A stretch of DNA of 61,334 nt, the filler included, from Platydemus manokwari (lineage: Eukaryota), in the NCBI GenBank assembly GCA_037951405.1. It is 6 parts of 6 records of this genome, joined end to end, with 100 filler letters (N's around TTAATTAATTAA, not from the genome) between each part and the next. Parts side by side here need not be neighbours in the genome. Positions count along the whole stretch, not along the records: positions 10,315 to 19,672 come from JBBMOY011260096.1; positions 19,773 to 31,600 come from JBBMOY010448889.1; 4 more parts are not named here. One strand, written 5' to 3'. The position numbers were made by a program, and so were the translations under genes. Positions 15,470 to 28,260 of the stretch are shown piece by piece. Each line of letters begins with the position of its first letter. Position 1 is the first letter of the stretch. The notes under the pieces were generated by a model that worked only from the letters and a program-made list of their open reading frames with translations, was not told where the DNA came from and ran no database searches.

Positions 15470-17035
15470 ACAATGGAAATATTTGTCAACAAATTCCAGT
15501 TCCTGTTGATATTTATAATTTCTGACACCGAAATGCAAAATGTTCTGTTATGGATTCCGATTTGTACCTCATTTGAAATTTCAGAATATCTTTTTGTATG
15601 TGCCGCAGATAATATTTTTAATTTATTTTCTAAGAAATATATAATCTCGTTTATATTAAATTAATAATAAATATAAAAAAAAGTTCGAATTATTTTTAAC
15701 ATTCACAAAATCATTTCATGGTATTTATTAATTTATTATTTTTATCAAATACTTTCTTAACCGTTAATTTAATGGTGAAATTTTACTAGTAATTAACATA
15801 TTGTCCGAAATTTTATTCCTAAATACTTATTAGTCCAACATCAAATCTTATTACTTTAACTCGCGTCGAGTAATTAACCGGAAATCAATTATTCTTCAAT
15901 AAATACTTTATAAAACAAGCTTCGTTATTTTATAAATTCAAAAAACAATTAATCAAGGATTAATTCGTGAAGAAATCTCAATAAAGAACCTGATTCTGTT
16001 TAATAAAGTCTGCTGCATATTTCTAAATGCGAGGAATCGTAAATTTGTGATCTATCAAGTTGATTTGGATAACATTTATTGTACGAATAATCAAAAACGA
16101 TTTCAATTCACTTTTATTAATGATCTATTGAAAAAAAGAATTTTCGAAAAATGAAAATCAAATAGAAAATAATATTCTTTATGATTTTACAGATTCTTAG
16201 GCTTTGATACAATTCTCAAGTATAGAAATTGAGTTAGGTGCAAATGCTAGTTAGTATCAACGAGAAAGAAGTGTATAGGAGCCAATATTTAACATTTTTG
16301 CAGTTTGTGTTAAGAAACAACCCAAGGTACTTATGATTAAAATAAATTTTACCATTATTAAAAAATGACAACGATTTGATATTTCAGAAAAGTGTACTTG
16401 CTAAATTTTTGGTGATACTGTGCATATCTTTATTATAATGTTTAAATGCTATTTTTCTGATATTCCATTTCCTTTATTAGATTTGATGCATTACGTTTTA
16501 TTTAAATGATTATTATGGTTTTGAAAATAATAACTATGGCCTCTTTTTTAGATGTGTTCCAGTAAATAATAAAATATGTAATGATTTCGAACAATTTACC
16601 TAAAGGTCTTTTAATATATTTTTCAACAGAACAGGTTTATGTTCTTGCAGAAAGAATTGGAACAAATTTGTTGAGGAAATATGAATCGAATAGATCATTT
16701 ATTCATGCAGAGCTATCATAAATTTATGTTTCACTAATTGGGATGTCGATGTTGGTGTGCTGAACGAGTTGATTGGGTAATATGTATTGAAAAGATGAAA
16801 ATGGTATTACTCTTGGAAATGGAGAAATAATTGATAATGTAGTTTTATAATTATGCTTCGTTAATTTTTTTATGTTCAGAAGTGTTTTAACCAAACTTTA
16901 TCAACATGCTGAATCTATTTTCTAAATATCTAACAAAAAATATCGAATGCAAAACGATTGGAAATCTTGAGCAATTTTTTTTCCAAAAATTAGTGTCATT
17001 ACTTTTTATAAAAATTAAAATATTCTTAGAAAAAT

Positions 17036-17194
17036 ACTGTGGAACTTTTCACTTTTGTTGTAGGGGTTCTAGGAACTTGGCAAACACAGACCAACGATAC
17101 AAACCCAAAGAAACTAGGGATGATTAAGAAAATGATAAGCAAAATAGCTCTTGATTACATAAAGTCAAATGAAAATGCTAGGTATTTGCAATGA
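17036..17194 (+). mobile_element. 3' end of an RLE-type non-LTR retrotransposon (NeSL/R4/R5-like)
   Basis: Translates TVELFTFVVGVLGTWQTQTNDTNPKKLGMIKKMISKIALDYIK, resembling the fvVGaLGsW..nd..l..LG tail of restriction-like endonuclease domains. Confidence 0.5.
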
Positions 17195-17508
17195 AGGTCC
17201 CAGGCTGGAAAGAGGATAGTAACAAAGGCTGATTTAAAAATATAGGAAGAGAATATCCCAGACAACAACGACAGAAATTATTGGAAAGTTGAATTGATTT
17301 TATGGTTGAACTTGTGAACTGTTATTTATAGAACGATCGTAGGAAAGAACCATACACATCCCATATTTTAATGTATATGTATCTCGATTATCAATGTTTG
17401 AGTAAGTATTTGTATATATTATCTCTAACCTATAGTCAGAGATATTTATAATCATTTTATTTAATAATAAATTTAATATTGTCGAAAATCTTATAAATCA
17501 TAATATAT

Positions 17509-17935
17509 TGTTGAATATATCACAAAACAATCAAAAGGTTCATAATAATCAAGGAAAGAACACTAAAAATGGTCAGTACACACAGACCCGATAAACACAC
17601 TTGCGTCAACCAATCAGATTCTTTTAAATATTAATCCATAATGAGAAGCTAAGAATTGACAGGCACACAACTATAAATGGCAAAAAGCTCAAATATCCGG
17701 CAATGACACGAGAGATGCGAGGAAAATTTCAAGTAGATCGATCCATGAACAAATTCAGGAAATGGAAAACGAAGATTCTCAACATCAAGCAAACACACCG
17801 GATGGGTCTATAAAACAAGTTGAGTTCCAGGAAAATCTGCTAGTCTTTTTTTATCGGTAATCTCCTTATCTTTTAATGATTTTAGAAATCAGTCTTTTTG
17901 ATTGCATTCCATTCTGTTTTTGACTTTCGGGCGCT
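17509..17935 (+). mobile_element. LTR-like interspersed repeat family B
   Basis: Starts TGTTG; colinear similarity to 32763-33134 (aaggaaagaac, tacacacaga, gctaagaat, tctataaaa, tctgctagtcttttt, ttccattctgtttt). Confidence 0.6.
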
Positions 17936-18183
17936 GATCTGGTTTTGAGTGATTTATCTTGTGAATTGTATAAAGATTTACTGTCGTTATTGAGACTTTG
18001 ATTGTAATATTTTGTTTAGTACAATTTTCAGATTCAAATTGTTGATTGATAATCCAACAATAGTAATTTGGCAAATTATATTTAAAAGGTTTCATGGAAT
18101 TTCTTTTGAAAACCACATTAAATTGTATATATCTCGCACGTAATATTTTCATATCACAATTTAGCTTTTCTTTCTTATCATTT

Positions 18184-18972
18184 TGTTAGGATCCGAACCC
18201 ACAGTGAGTCACACAACGCCAAATAGCATATTACGCCCACTAATGTAATCACATAAATAAAAATCCTAAAAATAAACTTGCAATTAAAAATAGAAATATA
18301 TAATTACAAAAATAGAATAAAAAATAAAAGAATCTTAAAGTAGAATTTAATAATTGCGAAAAATAGAACAGAAAACAAACATAGAATTTTAAAATTCCAG
18401 AAATAGAAAAATCACGATAGGTTAAAATCATAACAAAAATAGTATATAAGAAGCTAAAGATTTAGAGCAAATAAAATTAACTAAGACAGTGAAAGCCATA
18501 AAGTTAATTGTAAACAACAAATTATCGGATTTGAAGCACAGTCACATAGCAGACAGACTACGACTCGATAGCAGCTTGAGAAAATCAGTCATAGAAAGAA
18601 GCATTAGTCAGCTAAGAGCCAAGCACAGTGTAACAGAAATCTCCATTACAAGCCAATTGATTTAGTCAGCGAAGTATAGACTGAATTATTGATAGTTTCA
18701 TACCGTGTCGGTAGATTCGGTATTAAGTAATCCACTCTTCGTTTGCTACTATCTTTTTAATAGCGTTTATTCATTGTACGGTTCACTCTTATCGTGAATC
18801 TTACCCTCTGGTTAAGTGAGTCAATAATTCGTCAGTTCTGTTTTTACATAATTCTAGTTATCCACCGTGTTAACTATTTATTGTAACTGATTGAATATTA
18901 TCTATAATTAAATCGCAACCTACATTACTTCACAGGAAACACAACAGACTGTTTGGAGTCCTATCTGTAACA
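18184..18972 (+). mobile_element. Candidate solo LTR
   Basis: Begins TGTTAG, ends GTAACA (TG...CA, 5-bp inverted termini), TATA-like GTATATAAG near 18442; no clear TSD. Confidence 0.4.
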
Positions 18973-19301
18973 ACAGCGAGCAATTCAATAACCAATCTCA
19001 TCACACTTCCACAATCAGTATAAAAACTAATAATTTGGAAAAGTAAAGTCTTGAATTACTTTTAAAAGTTGTTGCATTATCATCACTATAAAACTCATAA
19101 CTTGAGAGTAAATTATACAGGCCTGCTTGAATAATATACTAAGTAGTTTTTTTATTATTTATCAAACAATTAATGTAATATTTTTATTCGATTTAATAAT
19201 TAAAAATTTATTGCATAGTTTTTGTTTTGTAAATGTTTTAATTTATAAGTATTGTTTAAAATTTTGTTGTCAAGGCTCTATTGGTATCGATATTTTAAAA
19301 T

Positions 19302-19666
19302 ATGTCAACTTGTCGTGATAGTTATATGAGGGATTCTAAATTTGGAATAGCTGATCCACAGACACCTCAAGAATTGGCTCATTATGTTAGTTTTGTATTG
19401 ACACATGAATGTATAATGTTCCTTATAAAATAGATTGAGCGAATCATGCAACAGATGCAGGATAATGTTGATCGAGTTTCGGAAAAAGTTAACAACAATT
19501 ATATCCTTTTATTAATAAATATATTATAAAATATTAATCTAAATCTTATAAAATATATTATTCCTTGACTATTTTGTTTTCACTGGATATAATAGGTCGT
19601 GGTGTCAATGATTTAGAAAGAAATATTGGAGACCTGATGACTCAAAGCAGAATCGAGGAAGCATAA
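19302..19666 (+). CDS. HSBP1: Heat shock factor binding protein 1 (exons 19302 or 19326-19385, 19434-19500, 19584-19666)
   Basis: Spliced product ...ADPQTPQELAHY/IERIMQQMQDNVDRVSEKVNNN/LDIIGRGVNDLERNIGDLMTQSRIEEA* matches the HSBP1 pattern (DP...DL...LLQQMQD...IDDLEKNIADLMTQ). The start codon is ambiguous (ATG 19302 or 19326). Missed by the ORF track. Confidence 0.9.
19501..19583 (+). other. U12-type (minor spliceosome) AT-AC intron of HSBP1
   Basis: 5' site ATATCCTTTT, branch site TTCCTTGAC (19561-19569), 3' site TTTTCAC; removing it restores the HSBP1 frame (phase 1). Confidence 0.9.
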
Positions 19667-19672
19667 TTGTGT

Positions 19673-19772
19673 NNNNNNNNNNNNNNNNNNNNNNNNNNNN
19701 NNNNNNNNNNNNNNNNTTAATTAATTAANNNNNNNNNNNNNNNNNNNNNNNNNNNNNNNNNNNNNNNNNNNN
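19673..19772. other. Artificial contig-joining spacer
   Basis: 44N-TTAATTAATTAA-44N. Confidence 0.97.
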
Positions 19773-22113
19773 TAAAGAGATTTTGATATGAAAATAAATG
19801 AATATTATATTATCATAGATATATATGTAGTTTGATACATGGAATATAGAAAATATTGAGAATAAATAGATTTCATTGACAAATGAGGTGGAAAAACTTA
19901 ATGGTTTTAAAGAAAGATGTTTGGATTTTAAAGTTTCTATAAATAATTTTTAATCGATTTCAATTAATGTATTGATTAATGTATTTGAATATTCTTTTAA
20001 AATATAATTTTGTGCTGTACTTTTTAAATCGTTTGCAATCCGTGTTTAATGAAACAGTAGCAGATAACAACTAACATTATTATTTTACTTAGTGTTACAT
20101 AATTTTCAATACCCATAAATTACCAAAGCTCCAACAAATAATTAAAATCTTTTTATGACGTCATGTAAAAATAACTAACAAATTTTAATTTCAAATACTG
20201 TTCACAATGATAATTAACCGTGATGCCTGATTGTTAACGTTAACAGTTATCATACAAGAATATTAGCCAATTTGTAGAGATGTACTTATTCCGACTACAT
20301 TGTATCGATTGAGAGATTAAAGCAGACAAATTATATTCTTAAGCATCTTGTTTATGCCAGCTTGTGTCTACACAACCACCCACGGTTTGCATGCGTGCAC
20401 ACACTCACATATTCACGAACACACTTGAATTATTGACGTAAATGTATTTTCTCTAGTTCAAATGTACCAAATAAACGGAATCTGTAGGTAAAACCATTTT
20501 TATTGTAATGTGAATGCATAAATGCCTCACAATTTTCCAAAGACCAATCATTTCGAATCGATAATTAATAAGTCAACATTTTCTTATTAAAAATTTTAAT
20601 TCGGTACTTCTAAATCCATCCCCCATTCATTGAAAGTCTTGAATTTCGATTTTCGTCCACAAACTATTCCAAGATTCAATTGACCAATATTTTGACATTG
20701 ATTCTATGTCATTGACAAGCTTACCACTGAACGATGTCTTAATTACAATTGTTGTTATTTTTTTATTCAACTCACCTTTCAATCGGTGCTAGATATCATT
20801 AGCGTTCAATGTTGAATTTCAAATTGACAACATTAATGCACGCATTACAGAAATGCGATCACTTTTTGAATTGCTTGTGTTATCCATGGTGATGGAGTGT
20901 TTATGCAAATATTTATTTATCGATAACATATTATCGATAACTTGGTAAATTACAACGTTATGTAAATAAAAATTATAAAACATTTGTTGCGTAAACATCA
21001 ATCGGAAACTTGTTGCTCAGTTCCAGACAACGAATCAACAATATAATTACGTATAAATCTTTATCGGTCAGATAATCAGACGCGAACATTTATCAAACAG
21101 TCAAATTCGATAATGACAACATTAAACGCATAATTTCTCCGATGTAAAATGGTATTTTCATGGTACCTCTTTTGAATAAGTTGGCTTTAATTACTCCAAT
21201 TATAGTCGTTCGTCGTTGCTCGGCAACACTATTTAGAGGTCAAATAAATTTGGTATAATTTCGCTAATTTACCTTCGTTACCAAGTAACTGATTTCGATA
21301 TTTTTTGCTTCATAAAAAATGTTTATATCTGCACAATTTTCATGCTAATAAAAATAAATATGCTACTATTTACTAAATAACATGAAATTATATTTTAATT
21401 ACAAGTATTAAAACAAAATAATAATATTTTATACAAAATTTGAAATCAATCAATACAAATTTAATTCATTTTGAAATCCTCGCAGATATTAGACATTAAT
21501 AACGAAACTCAAATCGTTGTCAAGTGAACAAACAATAAATCAATTTTAATAAAAATTTCATTTAAAAATTTATCAATAAATCAATGTTTACTTTGAAATT
21601 ATTTTTGTAACGTATTTATCAGCCTGTCACCAAGCTGTGAGCGAATATGTAGGTAAAAATGTACTCAAATATTTTATTATTCACTGTAAACCGAGATCAT
21701 TTATACGTCAAAACATGTTTGAAGAGTAAAGTCAAGTTTTGTGACACCAAAATGAATTAATTAAGTCAATCTCAAAAACCGGTGAATAAACATCGAAATA
21801 GTTCAACCTAAATTTGTAAAAAAATACGGAAAGTGTAAGTCAAAAATGATACCCCGAATAAATATAGTTAGAGCCCATATACGTACATGGGTATATATAG
21901 GGGTTATAGAAGCCTTTTATAATTCCATCATTTATAGTACTATATGTAAAAATATATTCCATAATTTTGAAATAATTTTATAATTATAATGATTATATTT
22001 ATCACCAAAGAGATTTCCATAAGCATTACATTTCACCCAAGTCCTGTATTTCATAATATATTATCATATAAATAAATTGACGTATATAATAACAATCCTT
22101 GCATACAATATGT

Positions 22114-22236
22114 CAGAGGTGGCCAACTTTTGTGTACGTAAGACAGACTTTTCATTTGAATAACATCTCACGCGACCAACTAAAATTGGCTTCAAGATCG
22201 ACCAGTCGATCGCGATCGAGCGGTTGGCCACCCCTG
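22114..22236. mobile_element. 123-bp hAT (Charlie-like) MITE
   Basis: TIRs CAGAGGTGGCCAAC / GTTGGCCACCCCTG; perfect 8-bp TSD CAATATGT (22106-22113 and 22237-22244). Confidence 0.9.
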
Positions 22237-22974
22237 CAATATGTGATTTAAATACGGTTTAAATGTGATATTCGGATAGATGTAAAAATAAAATGAAAAA
22301 TCATTACGTTGTGGTTGATTGGAATGATATTTGATAATGAAATTTGACGTATTTGTTTGGTCAGATAATTACATATTGAAAAACGGTATAATCATTATAT
22401 ACACACACATTTAGTAATTAAATTTCGATTCACATCACTGATCAAATAAATCTTTTATTATTATTGACAAAAATCAGATCTCTCATCTATTTATTAGCAT
22501 CTCATTGATGATCAATAAATTAACGATTTAGAATGCTACGCAAATTGACGAGCATTTCCATTTCAGTTATTAATGTTTGAGCTTCAGATGAATTTGTTTT
22601 TTACAATCTATCCGATATGATGATGATTAAAAAAAGCTGGATAGTGTGACAAGTCCGGCACTAGCCATCTAACGATAACGTTTTGTTTGAACTGGTATTT
22701 TTATTGATGAAGGACAATGTTGATCAGCCGGTTTATCAGTCCGGTGTTAAAAAGAAGTTTTTATTTCGTTTATTATTCATGGAAAGCAATTTTGGTTTGA
22801 GCTAATTTAAAGACTCGAAAATACATTAAGATGGGATAATTATTATTCCATAATAATGCAATTTCCTTTAATAATCTAAAACATTTAAAGTGCTGCCACA
22901 TTTGTAATTAATGGGTTTTATTTTCTACTTCACAATCAGATAATTACCTATTGTTATATCGATTATTTGAGTTC

Positions 22975-23330
22975 GTTTCAAAAGTTGAGAAACCAGGTCA
23001 TAAAATAAAATTTTTAATTTGTTAAGAGTATTGCAAGAATCTATATAGTTTATTTAATTATATTTTTTAAAAACATTTTTGAATTTTTGATTTAAGTAAT
23101 TTAGAAGAATTTGGAGTTGTTTGAAATAAAATATTAAATAAATTAGAGCTTTTAAAATCTTCTAAAAATTTATTATTTGATAAACGAGCCAATTAGATAA
23201 AATTACTATTTAATGAGAGAGGAAGACATTTTATTATTGTAAGCAAATTGAGAGATATTTACAATTATTTTATGAGAACAAGTAATATTAGATTTTTACA
23301 TATATCAGGAGTTTACTATATCGATTTAAT
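22975..23330 (-). mobile_element. MITE family A partial copy
   Basis: Similar to 27680-28020 (ttgcaagaatctatatagtttatttaattatatt...agagcttttaaaatcttctaaa). Confidence 0.65.
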
Positions 23331-25539
23331 AATAATGAAATTCGAATTTACAAAACCAAATCCGTGCAGAAGTGCTGATGATAAATTAGGAATTTGATTC
23401 GAGAATCTTGTTTTGTTCCGGTTCGACATGCTAAAATATGTGCTATTAAACTGAGCTCCACGATTAAATCAAACATCACAAAATACCAAAAAAATGTCAT
23501 AAAAAACTAAATATTTTCATAACTTCTCATTTTCATAATAAAGACAACATGTAACGATTCTAGAGGCAAAAATCATATCTTGATAATGTTAACCATTCAA
23601 ATTGCTCCATCAGTCACATGAACTGAGAGATTTAAAACAATAGCGATCAAGAACAATAAATTCATACAAATTCATTTAAGTATAATTAAAATTTTTTTAT
23701 AAAAATAAATTTTTACATGAAATCTACAAAACATATACTCAAAATTTTACTTTTAAATTTTAGCTTTAATGCTGAAGATTTGAATGAGTTCTATTATCGA
23801 TTGTCAAATTAAGTAAATGTAGATGCTAGACAGAGTATTTATTAAGGTCTACATGGTCACTTAACTATCTTTAACTTACCTTATTAATAATTGCTGTGCC
23901 CTTAACTCGGTATGGTAGAAAAATATTATTTAAATGATAAATATCTGAAAAATATTATCAAGGAATAAAAAGCAAAGAAATAACATAAAAGTAAATATAT
24001 ATATTTGAATTAGCTATAAAATATAATTTTTAAGTTCTAGAAATCCAGTGCAATTATCATGGAAGATGAGAGAACAATACTCGTAAGACAACAGTGTAGG
24101 AAGTGGCTCTTAGATTTGTGGAAACGCTTCTCAAATAAAAAGACAGCTGAGAATTGACAATTAGTTAATTATCCGATCTTAAGAAGACCAAAATATTGAA
24201 AATCAATTGTGGATCTTTGTTTAAAGATGTTGGAACATCCACATAATACCACATCTTAATTGTACATAACAAAATCACCGATATTACAACCCATGTATAT
24301 AAAAATTATAACAATTAGAACCCTTGGTTATGGACAAGCGAGCACAGAACAGCAAGAGAAAAAAAATGCAGAAAGGCTCACCGTTTTTTCTATGGATAAT
24401 TTGTGCAATTATCGCGCAATTTAATGTGCAAAGTCTTTCTTTTAATTTTCGATTTGTTTATGATTTTATCTAATTTTCATTTTATATTATCTAATGACAG
24501 AAAACTGGAAAATTAATTCAAAGCACAATGTCTTCGGATTTTAAAATGGTTTACCAATAAATCAAATAAAAAGGTTCTCAGACAATTTATAAATCAACAA
24601 AATGTTACTGAATAAATATTCGATATTTCCACAAAGGGCTGCAATGTCTGATTATGATTAACATTCTCAAATCATAAACCAAGAAATATCATACGAAATT
24701 TTCTATAATTGTTCTTGAAAAAATTAATTTACTTCACCAAATTCAAATCGTATCACTGAAATGGTGAACTCGTAGAAGTATATATTGCTCTTGAGCATGG
24801 AGAAAAATAGGTGAAATTTGTCGTTAGTAGCTTTTGTGATTTTGTCTTAAGCTGCTCGACATTATGGTTATCTCACATCACAACCATAGGTTTTTATTGA
24901 TATCGGACCTTGATATTAGATGGAAAAATAATATTGTGCCTCAAAAGCAATTCGTCGAGATCTAATAACCGGAAACACAATTGGTGAATAATAATAATTA
25001 TTAATTTTTAGAATTTTGGATTGATACATAATTGAAATAAACGAAAATGGAACTCGACAAAATCTTGTGACAAGCAATAATGATTAATATAATGTTTTAT
25101 ACTTTTTGTAATCAAAGCTACGAGAAAGAAATATTTCCATTAGTTTGAAATAATCGAATGACTGAGATAGGAAATCAAATTTAACATACCGCGGAGAAAT
25201 ATACTCGAAATGTATCAGGTGAGTTTGTATCGTTATAACCATTAATATGAATATTATAGATAAAAAAGTAATTGGTTTGATTTTAGCTATACCAATTGAA
25301 TGCCAGAACAAGTTTTAAGTAAAATTATAATATTATTAATAATATTCGCAAAAAAGTCTATTTTAAGCCAGTTACATTCACAGTCGATAGGGGAAATATT
25401 TGATCAAATCAGAGTCAAAATCAAAATCCTTTAAACAATATTTATTAAAAAACCACAAATTAAGTCCAATACGTACATAGATGTTGGTCTAATAAATAGA
25501 ATGATTGAAATTAAATCTATGATTCAGAAATCCACCCGT

Positions 25540-26265
25540 TCAAAATTTATAAGGTGCTGATAGTAAAAGTTCTCCATTACACCAGTCAGCTTGTAATTGG
25601 TCAAGATCAACATTATTCGGGAATTTATGTTCACTATTGAAGTTTCTTGTGCTTACACAACCATTGGAATCCACTCGTTTCTGTGATGCATTGACCGTGA
25701 CGACTTGATCATTGATATTGATCTTTATATCATCCTTTGCAAAATCGGGATCCATTTTCATTTTTTCCGAATAGATTTGTTTTCCATTTCTCATCAGCGT
25801 TTCGACCATCATGGCTTTGTCACGAGGTGATTGAGAGAGACTGTGTGGTATTCTCGAAATAGCAGTAAATGGTGAAAATGGATTGGGAACGATTGGGATT
25901 TTCAGAACCAATTTCCCATTCACGTAACTCGTGTCCAGTTTATGATTCAAATCAGCATTCTGAGGCAACAAAATGGTTTTGTGATATTCTTTCTTTTCTG
26001 ATCTACTGCACGATGAGCTTTCTTCACTCGATTTACTGGATCTAGAACAACTGGCGTCCACTGTTACCGTGTGATCGTTCTGTTTCACTTTGATTTCTTC
26101 TGGTCGGAAATCACTGACATCGATTTCATATGTGTACTCGACGTCTCCATGATCGTTGCGCTCAAATCGTGGAGAACTGATCCGCTGATTCGGAGTACTA
26201 CATCGAACGTAATCGGGTTCTTGTGGCAATGACAGTAAAGTTGGTGTGTGCATTGATTTGCTCAT
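25540..26265 (-). CDS. Small heat-shock protein with two alpha-crystallin domains (flatworm p40/major egg antigen type), 241 aa, intronless CDS
   Basis: ACD1: YEIDVSDFRPEEIKVK...VTVDA...KEYHKTILLPQNAD...SYVNGKLVLKIP; ACD2: DPDFAKDDIKININDQVVTVNA...RNFNSEHKFPNNVDLDQLQADWCNGELLLSAP. The real start is probably ATG 26265 (MSKSMH), downstream of a splice-acceptor-like tttttttctgtcag at about 26299. Confidence 0.9.
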   Translation of the reverse strand: MSKSMHTPTLLSLPQEPDYVRCSTPNQRISSPRFERNDHGDVEYTYEIDVSDFRPEEIKVKQNDHTVTVDASCSRSSKSSEESSSCSRSEKKEYHKTILLPQNADLNHKLDTSYVNGKLVLKIPIVPNPFSPFTAISRIPHSLSQSPRDKAMMVETLMRNGKQIYSEKMKMDPDFAKDDIKININDQVVTVNASQKRVDSNGCVSTRNFNSEHKFPNNVDLDQLQADWCNGELLLSAPYKF

Positions 26266-26539
26266 GCTAGTAATAATTTTCCGATGATGAGATTGAAACT
26301 GACAGAAAAAAATGATAGAGTTGAACGATAACAATTTATATATTGGCTAGTTAAAACTATGTATGTTTAATATATGTTAAGTATATGCAACAAACTAATC
26401 AATTTGAATAACTCAATTGTTATTTTATACCAGTGTCAATATGTGATTGTGTGCCAAGCATAAATATGAAATAGATGTGTTAGAAGATTGATTTTGTCAT
26501 GGAATATTTGTTGAATAAAATGTGCAATAGAAATATGAA

Positions 26540-26780
26540 TAATTTATTGGATATTGATATATTTATTGATAATTTATTGATGTATTTATTAATATATTGA
26601 TTGATATATTCATTAATCACTTATTGATATATTTATTAATTATTTATTGACATGTTTGTTGATAATTTCTAGATATATTTATTGATATATTTAATAATAA
26701 TTTATTGATAATTTATTGATATATTCATTGATAATTTATTGATTTATTTAATAATAATTTATTGATATATTTATTAATTA
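26540..26780 (+). repeat. AT-rich minisatellite (ATATATTTATTGAT-like units)
   Basis: Tandem degenerate atttattgat/atttattaat units. Confidence 0.8.
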
Positions 26781-27657
26781 TCTTGCTTTCTTATTTATAA
26801 ACATTTAAAGGATAAAATAATATTCGAAATTGCATTAATATTTATAATAATTATATTATTATAAACAATTAATGTTATTATTAATATTGTAGTATTTTAA
26901 TTATTAATAATATTATAATAAATATTATTATTTATACAAAAATTATAATTATTTCGTCCACAAATTAATTAATTTTGCAAATTAATTTTTCATTGCAACT
27001 AGTGTTTAAAATCTCTCTGTTTCGGGAAGATTGACGAGTCAATTTGAATGGTTAACCGTGAGATCTTGATAACCAACCTTTGGTGGACATCTGTATGACC
27101 TCCGATAAAACTTATGAATGATTGATACGACCGTATCCATTTATCAATTAAATATAAAGTAATGCTTAAAATATTGATTTTATCTTTATCTCGTTATTTT
27201 TGCCTTTAGAATGAACATAACAAGGAATCATGTTACTGACAAATTTTATAAATCGATGATTTTTTAAAATATTTACTTTTATTTCTTTCATATTTTTCAT
27301 TACTTTATGGTGTTTGATTTGTTCACGGAGTTCAGCTGATAGCACATTTTTTAACATGTCGAATAGGGTCAAAACATAATCTTTAAACCAAGTTCCTGTT
27401 TGAATGTCAACACTTTCATGTGATTTTGGTTTTGTAAATTTAAATTTTATTATTAATAAATCGATATTTTATAATAATCAAATATCACTTGTTCCTGTAA
27501 AATAATTGTAAATAATTACAATGCCTCTCATTGTGCTGATAATGACAAAATTTGGCCAGCTCTAATTTAATATAAATAGCAATTTGACCTACTTTGCTAG
27601 TTTATCAAATAATTATATTTTAGGAGATTTTAAAACCCTAATTTATTTAAAAATTGA

Positions 27658-28260
27658 GCTTATGTTAAGAAAAGGGATCTCAAAATGAAATTTTAAATTT
27701 GTTGAGTGTATTGCAGAATTCTATATAGTTTATTTAATTATATTCTTTAAAAACATTTTGAATTTTTTATTTAAGTACGTACGAAGAATTTTAGTTGTTT
27801 AAAATCAAATATTGAATACACTAGAGCTTAAAAATCTCCTAAATTTTGATTATTTGAAAAAGTGATCAAAGTAGGTCGAATTTCAATTTATTGAAAATAG
27901 CTAGGACTCCTTTTTTAAACATTAAAAGCAAATGGGAGATATTCTCAATTTTTTCAATTATTTTATAAAAATAACCAATCATATTATTAAACATATCTGT
28001 AATTAACTAACTCGATTTAAAATTTAAAAAAATATTTAAAAACTCAAATTATCATTTAAAGTGTCGTGATTACAATGGAAACTTGGTTTAAAAACAATTT
28101 TTTGTCCCGGTTATAAGTTTTCAAAAGTGAGATATTAAATGAATTATACGAAAAAATCAAACATAGCAATGATATGAAAAATTAATTGATAAAATTATGT
28201 CATGCGTGAAAATTCATTATATCAAAAGTAGTTCAAAGCACCCCTTTTCTTAACTTAAGC
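27658..28260 (-). mobile_element. MITE family A, full-length copy of about 600 bp with 19-bp TIRs
   Basis: Left GCTTATGTTAAGAAAAGGG (27658-27676) and right CCCTTTTCTTAACTTAAGC (28242-28260) are reverse complements with one mismatch. Confidence 0.8.

Noticed and set aside
16190-16900. Series of small splice-site-bounded segments
   Set aside because: Could not be joined into an open frame or a recognisable protein.
20430-21001. Possible hAT transposase remnant on the minus strand
   Set aside because: No diagnostic motif could be read with confidence.
19302-26265. Heat-shock gene cluster (HSBP1 plus sHSP)
   Set aside because: The two genes are separated by an artificial contig linker at 19673-19772.
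26266-26334. N-terminal extension of the sHSP ORF given by the ORF track
   Set aside because: It starts at a non-ATG codon and crosses a polypyrimidine-AG acceptor; the first ATG is at 26265.
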